This document shows, piece after piece, positions 59,443 to 64,000 of a stretch of DNA of 64,000 nt. Position 1 is the first letter of the stretch; the number at the start of each line of letters is the position of its first letter. Source of the stretch: an uncultured cyanobacterium (lineage in GTDB: Bacteria; Cyanobacteriota; Cyanobacteriia; Phormidesmidales; Phormidesmidaceae); assembly GCA_963793265.1 (NCBI GenBank), contig CAWBZI010000004.1, forward strand, positions 384,001-448,000, given 5' to 3'. The position numbers were made by a program, and so were the translations under genes. Under the pieces are notes generated by a model. That model saw only the letters and a list, made by a program, of their open reading frames with translations. It was not told where the DNA came from and ran no database searches.

Positions 59443-60456
59443 ATGGCTACCAAACGCGCATCTCTACCGCCCGGTCTGCTCGTTCGCACCGGCAAATTTG
59501 TGTGGAATACGCTGTGGCACACCATGATGTCGCAGATGGCTCCACGCAGTAAAGATGGCGCTTACGTCAGGCCGCAAAGTGCATTTCGTGATCGCACCGT
59601 CACCCCATCACCCCAACGCTATTTCCTCATCGTCGGCATGAGCTGCCCTTGGGCTCACCGCACCCTAGTCACCCGCGCCCTCAAAGGTCTTACCGAAACT
59701 ATCGGCACCTATACCGTCTATCCCTCCACCGACGAAGGTCGATGGCTATTCGATCTTTCTCAACCCAATTTACCTTTCTCAGACTGCCGCTCTCTACCCG
59801 ACTTTTACAGCCGTTGCCACCCAGGCTATAAAGGCCGCGCCACCGTACCCGTGCTGTGGGATAGCCAAACGCAAACCATCGTAAACAACGAAAGTGCCGA
59901 TATTATCGAGCTGCTTAATAGCGAATTCCAAGCGCTTGCCTCCGGGCCTGATCTTTATCCAGAGCACCTACGCAACGAGATAGATGCGCTCAACGATAAA
60001 GTCTACGCCACCGTCAACAATGGCGTATATCGCTGTGGATTTTCTCAAACTCAAGCGGCTTATGACCAGGCAGTTAATGAGCTGTTTAGTACGTTAGACG
60101 AGCTGGATGAAAGGCTAACTGACTCACGCTATCTATTCGGTAATGAGCTGACGCTGGCTGACGTTCGCCTCTTTACGACCCTGATTCGTTTTGACGTGTC
60201 TTACCACGGAATTTTTAAGTGCAATCGTCGTCGCATTGCAGACTATTCACATCTCAGCGGCTACCTGCGCGACCTCTACCAGCTTCCAGGGATTGCTGAA
60301 ACTTGCGATATAGAAGCCGTTAAGCGCGATTATTACGGCAATTTGTTTCCTTTAAATCCAGGCGGCATTGTGCCGATAGGGCCAGGATGGGATGAACTCA
60401 AAGCGCCTCATGAGCGAGACGCCTTAGTTCGGCTGGCAGCAGATGCCAAAGACTGA
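59443..60456 (+). CDS. Glutathionyl-hydroquinone reductase (omega-like GST, YqjG)
   Basis: CPWAHRT, TVPVLWD, VNNESA, NNGVYRCGF and DVRLFTTLIRFD. Confidence 0.92.
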   Translation: MATKRASLPPGLLVRTGKFVWNTLWHTMMSQMAPRSKDGAYVRPQSAFRDRTVTPSPQRYFLIVGMSCPWAHRTLVTRALKGLTETIGTYTVYPSTDEGRWLFDLSQPNLPFSDCRSLPDFYSRCHPGYKGRATVPVLWDSQTQTIVNNESADIIELLNSEFQALASGPDLYPEHLRNEIDALNDKVYATVNNGVYRCGFSQTQAAYDQAVNELFSTLDELDERLTDSRYLFGNELTLADVRLFTTLIRFDVSYHGIFKCNRRRIADYSHLSGYLRDLYQLPGIAETCDIEAVKRDYYGNLFPLNPGGIVPIGPGWDELKAPHERDALVRLAADAKD

Positions 60457-61668
60457 GGTAAATCCGTGTAAGAAGGTGGTTGCACCTACTGGGCCGATCT
60501 CTCCGTTGCAAAAGAACCCGCCAATCGGCAAAGGGCCTAAATACTGCTCGAATAAATCGGAGTCAAAATTAGGCTCGTCGTAAAGCCCCTCACCTCGTCC
60601 GGTGCAGGAAAACAAGAGCGCTCCGACGGGCGATGAGCCTTGATCGCCCAAATTATTTTCTAAGCTCTCTACTCGATAGCGGCGCAGTAGATTTTCGAGA
60701 TCTTCAGCGGAGGTTTGGGCATCGCGCATATGAAACTGAATACGCATCCCCGGACGGATCTTATCGGCTACAGCAATAGATCCGTTTCGTGGGTCTACGC
60801 CGACCAGATTGCGAATTAAGAAGTCGCGACGAGTCAAGCTGGGCTTAAAGCCGCTTTGAGCAACGCCAATAAAGAGTGCGTTTTGCGCCAGCTCGCGGTC
60901 TTCTTCGTCCATGGCCTGAAAGATGTTTTGCAAAACTTCTAAAGGCGTTTCGGATGCTGGATTATCGCCTACATTTTCTTGCTCTAATTTGAGCATGATG
61001 TTGCGATCGCCCTCACTCACCCGATACAGCTCACCAATAGGCCGACACCCCTGCGCCACAATTGCCTCCATTACAATCTCACCCGAAAGTGCTACCCCCA
61101 CAATGCCCTCTCGATGCAGCTTCGTTTGGCAAAACAATCCACTGCTACGGTTAAAACTTTCAATGCCAGCAAGCCCGCCCACTTTCACACACCCCGGATA
61201 GGCAAAATCTACGCCCTGTAAAAGCTCGCTAGTACCCGATGAAAAAGGATCGGCCATCAGTACAAAGCTCGGCTGAGCCTCCGCCTTCACCCCAATCAAC
61301 TCGCTCCACCGCTCAGGCGGACTGTCTAAATCAGGCAAATCAGCCGCCGTCAGATGAAAGCTCTTGATATCCACATTAGGTAGATGCGCCAGCGTCAGGC
61401 TTAGAGCAGGCCCCTCCTCAATCTCTTCAGGAAACTCATCAGACATTCCAATCACGCCAGTGCCGCTACAGCCTACAACATGCGTAATCCCTAGCTGCTC
61501 TTTAATCAACGGCAGCAGCCGAGCATACTCGCTAGCAAAGGCGACAGAAACAAACACCAAAGCCAAATCAGGCTTTTCACTGCCTAGCTGTTCAGTCGCA
61601 TTTTGGATGACTTCTTTTACCGCAGCTTCTAGAGAAGCACTTGTCGAAATCGCACTCGCCCACTTCAT
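60424..61668 (-). CDS. FIST N/C-domain protein
   Basis: VAQGCRPIG, FLIRNL, LLFSCTGRG and GFFCNGEIGP. Confidence 0.92.
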   Translation of the reverse strand: MKWASAISTSASLEAAVKEVIQNATEQLGSEKPDLALVFVSVAFASEYARLLPLIKEQLGITHVVGCSGTGVIGMSDEFPEEIEEGPALSLTLAHLPNVDIKSFHLTAADLPDLDSPPERWSELIGVKAEAQPSFVLMADPFSSGTSELLQGVDFAYPGCVKVGGLAGIESFNRSSGLFCQTKLHREGIVGVALSGEIVMEAIVAQGCRPIGELYRVSEGDRNIMLKLEQENVGDNPASETPLEVLQNIFQAMDEEDRELAQNALFIGVAQSGFKPSLTRRDFLIRNLVGVDPRNGSIAVADKIRPGMRIQFHMRDAQTSAEDLENLLRRYRVESLENNLGDQGSSPVGALLFSCTGRGEGLYDEPNFDSDLFEQYLGPLPIGGFFCNGEIGPVGATTFLHGFTSVFGICCQPN

Positions 61669-61944
61669 ATTTGGGGATTCCTAAAACAATTCTATGGATA
61701 GAGCATTTTATTCATTTGGGCTGACATACTGTTAAGCAAGTTCAGCTCAGGTTGCCTGCGCTGCTTGTGATGCTCTTTCGCAAAAAGCGAATAGAAAGCA
61801 TGAGTAGTCTCGGTTTTCGAGGCATCTCACTTGCCATTTTGGACGCCTGTTAAACTGCCATCTATGATACGGCAGTTTGGCAAATGGCCAAGCTAGAATG
61901 AGCAAGAATCATACCTCCATAAAATTTACTCAATACGGTTTGCC

Positions 61945-62163
61945 ATGAGCGACATTCAAGAAAAAATCAAGACTGAGATCGAATCTGCTCGCGAAGCTTG
62001 CTCCACTGAAGACACTGAGGGGTGTGCAGCAGCTTGGGATGCGGTTGAAGAGCTTCAGGCTGAAGCTGCTCACCAGCGCTCAAAAGTGCCTGAGAAGTCT
62101 TCTTTTGACAAGTACTGCGACGACAATCCCGAAGCAGACGAGTGCCGCGTCTACGACAACTAA
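61945..62163 (+). CDS. cp12: Calvin cycle regulator CP12
   Basis: Four Cys, AWDAVEEL and YCDDNPEADECRVYDN. Confidence 0.97.
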   Translation: MSDIQEKIKTEIESAREACSTEDTEGCAAAWDAVEELQAEAAHQRSKVPEKSSFDKYCDDNPEADECRVYDN

Positions 62164-62206
62164 ATTGCTGAGGCTTTACTGCTTTTAGGGCTCGTAAAGA
62201 TCGATG

Positions 62207-62262
62207 ACGTGAAGGAAAAAGAATCTACCCACCTGTGGATGTTCTTTTTCCTTCACGTTTTT
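62207..62262 (+). terminator. cp12 terminator
   Basis: Perfect 17-bp stem ACGTGAAGGAAAAAGAA/TTCTTTTTCCTTCACGT followed by a T-run. Confidence 0.85.
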
Positions 62263-62395
62263 GTCGTTTTTGCGCTGTACTACGCAGCGGTTTCTACCCA
62301 ATTTTTGCCTACCCGCCATACTGGGTTGACAAATCATCTTTTTGTTGCGCAGTAGGTGCTACATTGATGATTGCTCATTTACCCCTCGTCGTTAC

Positions 62396-62995
62396 GTGTT
62401 CGTAAATCCCTCGGCAGTTAGAGCTTTGGTCTGGACTGACTATCGGTTAGCGCTACTCTTTACCGTGTTCATTCCGCTAACGCTGTTGATCTGGTCGTGG
62501 GTGAGCAAAGCTGAAGCAATTAGCCTGCTAATGACGATTTACTGGCGGGTGTCGAGCTTACTAGCAATCAGCGTACTGCTGATGATTGGGGGCCTTTCTA
62601 TTGGGTTCGTAACCTCTTTCTTAGCAAAGGTGCTCATCCCAATTAGTGTGTGGTTTTGGGCCGATCTTAATGAAGAAATTCGCGAGCAGCCTAAGCGATC
62701 GCTTAACTTAGGATTCAATGCCTGGCGCTGGGCCATCACGGTATACTGCGGCATTGGCGCGGTTGTGCAGCTTTTGTTTATCAACTGTGCGTTTTCGGCT
62801 GCTGCGCTGAGTGGCGATCGCTGCCAAGCCTGGCGTGAACCTTCTCTTATTTTCAAAGATTACGTCGCAGGCGGCCTTACTGAAGGCTTCATAGGCTTTT
62901 GGGGGATCTTTACCCTGGTCATCTACGCACTGTGCCTGGGCTATTTCCTATTGGTGAAGCTAGGCCGTCAAGGTCGCTCAGCCCTTAATCAGTAA
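62396..62995 (+). CDS. DUF3177 membrane protein
   Basis: LVWTDYRLA, IYWRVSSLL, WFWADLNEE and LGRQGRSA; start uncertain. Confidence 0.85.
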   Translation: MFVNPSAVRALVWTDYRLALLFTVFIPLTLLIWSWVSKAEAISLLMTIYWRVSSLLAISVLLMIGGLSIGFVTSFLAKVLIPISVWFWADLNEEIREQPKRSLNLGFNAWRWAITVYCGIGAVVQLLFINCAFSAAALSGDRCQAWREPSLIFKDYVAGGLTEGFIGFWGIFTLVIYALCLGYFLLVKLGRQGRSALNQ

Positions 62996-63015
62996 CCAGT
63001 TATCCGTAACTAACA

Positions 63016-63321
63016 ATGAGTAATTCGGTGGCGCTCTCCACCCGCCTAGAAAACTACACGCTCAAGTTTCCGCAGGAATTACTGATGGTGGAAGCTGAAA
63101 TTGACGGTGAAGCCGATACGATACTCATCTTCAAAGGTTTTTCTAGCTCTTTAGTGCGGCCCACTGCGTACGATCCAGAAGTGCCTACGCTGCCCGAGAA
63201 TGCTGTGATCGCCTACATCGATCGGCTCAAAGGCCCTTACCAGCCTCAGTCTCCTAACTATATAGAAAGAGAGATATCTCTAGCAGAATTTACTGCGAAG
63301 CTGACGGCACTCGGGCTATAA
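63016..63321 (+). CDS. Conserved cyanobacterial/plastid hypothetical protein
   Basis: RLENYT, IFKGFSSSL..PTAYDP and IDRLKGPY. Confidence 0.75.
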   Translation: MSNSVALSTRLENYTLKFPQELLMVEAEIDGEADTILIFKGFSSSLVRPTAYDPEVPTLPENAVIAYIDRLKGPYQPQSPNYIEREISLAEFTAKLTALGL

Positions 63322-63490
63322 AAACTCATGATTTTGAGTTTTCTTACGCCATTCCTTAAGCCTCCCTTTGATCTCAGGCTCAGGCTATCCCCATTTCGGC
63401 TTTGACCTGTCACAATAATTAAGTCATTGGCCGATTGTGCTCTTTTTGCTTGCTCCTTTCGGTAGACACCTGCTGGTAGACACCCTCGCT

Positions 63491-64000
63491 ATGTATAAAA
63501 CTCAAGATCTCCACGTGGTCGAAAACCGTCCTCTGCTTTCGCCCAGTCAGCTCCTAGCGCAGCTTCCTCTAACCGAGACAGCCGCAGCTTTAGTGGCACA
63601 AACGCGCGATCGCATTCGCAACATTATGCACAATGAAGATCGGCGGCTGCTGGTCGTTGTTGGCCCTTGCTCAGTTCATGACGTGGATGCAGCTTATGAC
63701 TACGGTCAAAAGCTCGTTAAGCTGAGAGAACGATTCTCAGACCATTTGGAAATCGTCATGCGGGTGTATTTTGAAAAGCCTCGCACCAACATCGGCTGGA
63801 AAGGTCTAATCAACGATCCTCACTTAGACGGTAGCTATGACATCAATGAAGGATTGCGCCTAGCCCGCAAGCTGCTGCTTGATCTTACCGAAATTGGCTT
63901 ACCTGCTGGCACCGAACTGCTCGATCCAATTACACCACAGTACATTGCCGATATAATTACTTGGACTGCCATTGGCGCGCGCACCACAGAAAGCCAAACT
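63491..64000 (+). CDS. Class I DAHP synthase (AroF/G type), 3'-truncated by the window
   Basis: MYKTQDLHV.., VVGPCSVHD, MRVYFEKPRT..GWKGLINDP and WTAIGARTTESQ; absent from the ORF track. Confidence 0.95.
   Translation, partial: MYKTQDLHVVENRPLLSPSQLLAQLPLTETAAALVAQTRDRIRNIMHNEDRRLLVVVGPCSVHDVDAAYDYGQKLVKLRERFSDHLEIVMRVYFEKPRTNIGWKGLINDPHLDGSYDINEGLRLARKLLLDLTEIGLPAGTELLDPITPQYIADIITWTAIGARTTESQT

Overview
Chromosomal window from a cyanobacterium. HIP1 (GCGATCGC) octamers are dense, and cp12, desB, cruF/cruG and a monocistronic groEL2 with a CIRCE element are present; the style resembles filamentous Leptolyngbyaceae/Synechococcus PCC 7335-like strains (inference). It holds about 50 mostly unlinked housekeeping, stress and envelope genes. 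These include clpB, topoisomerase IB, several SDRs (one KDSR-like), a PEP-CTERM GDSL hydrolase, a 1468-aa repeat/RTX surface protein, groEL2, TamB, desB-cruFG, an EEP-cardiolipin synthase pair, a pseudo-orthocaspase, sat, mnmA, two toxin-antitoxin-like pairs, a frameshifted mutS2, DUF790, cp12 and a DAHP synthase. A small decayed accessory patch lies at about 24.5-27.8 kb. I found no rRNA, tRNA, CRISPR array, integrase or transposase. The most notable signals are: (1) a branched, domain-inserted repeat architecture in the RTX protein; (2) lipid enzymes unexpected in cyanobacteria (KDSR-like SDR, cardiolipin synthase with EEP and PAP2); (3) a probable ACG start codon for DUF790; (4) an unannotated 51-aa gene with its own signals; (5) an exact 118-aa duplication in TamB; (6) a Tat-signal, catalytically dead caspase homologue. 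All family calls come from motif recognition, not database searches.
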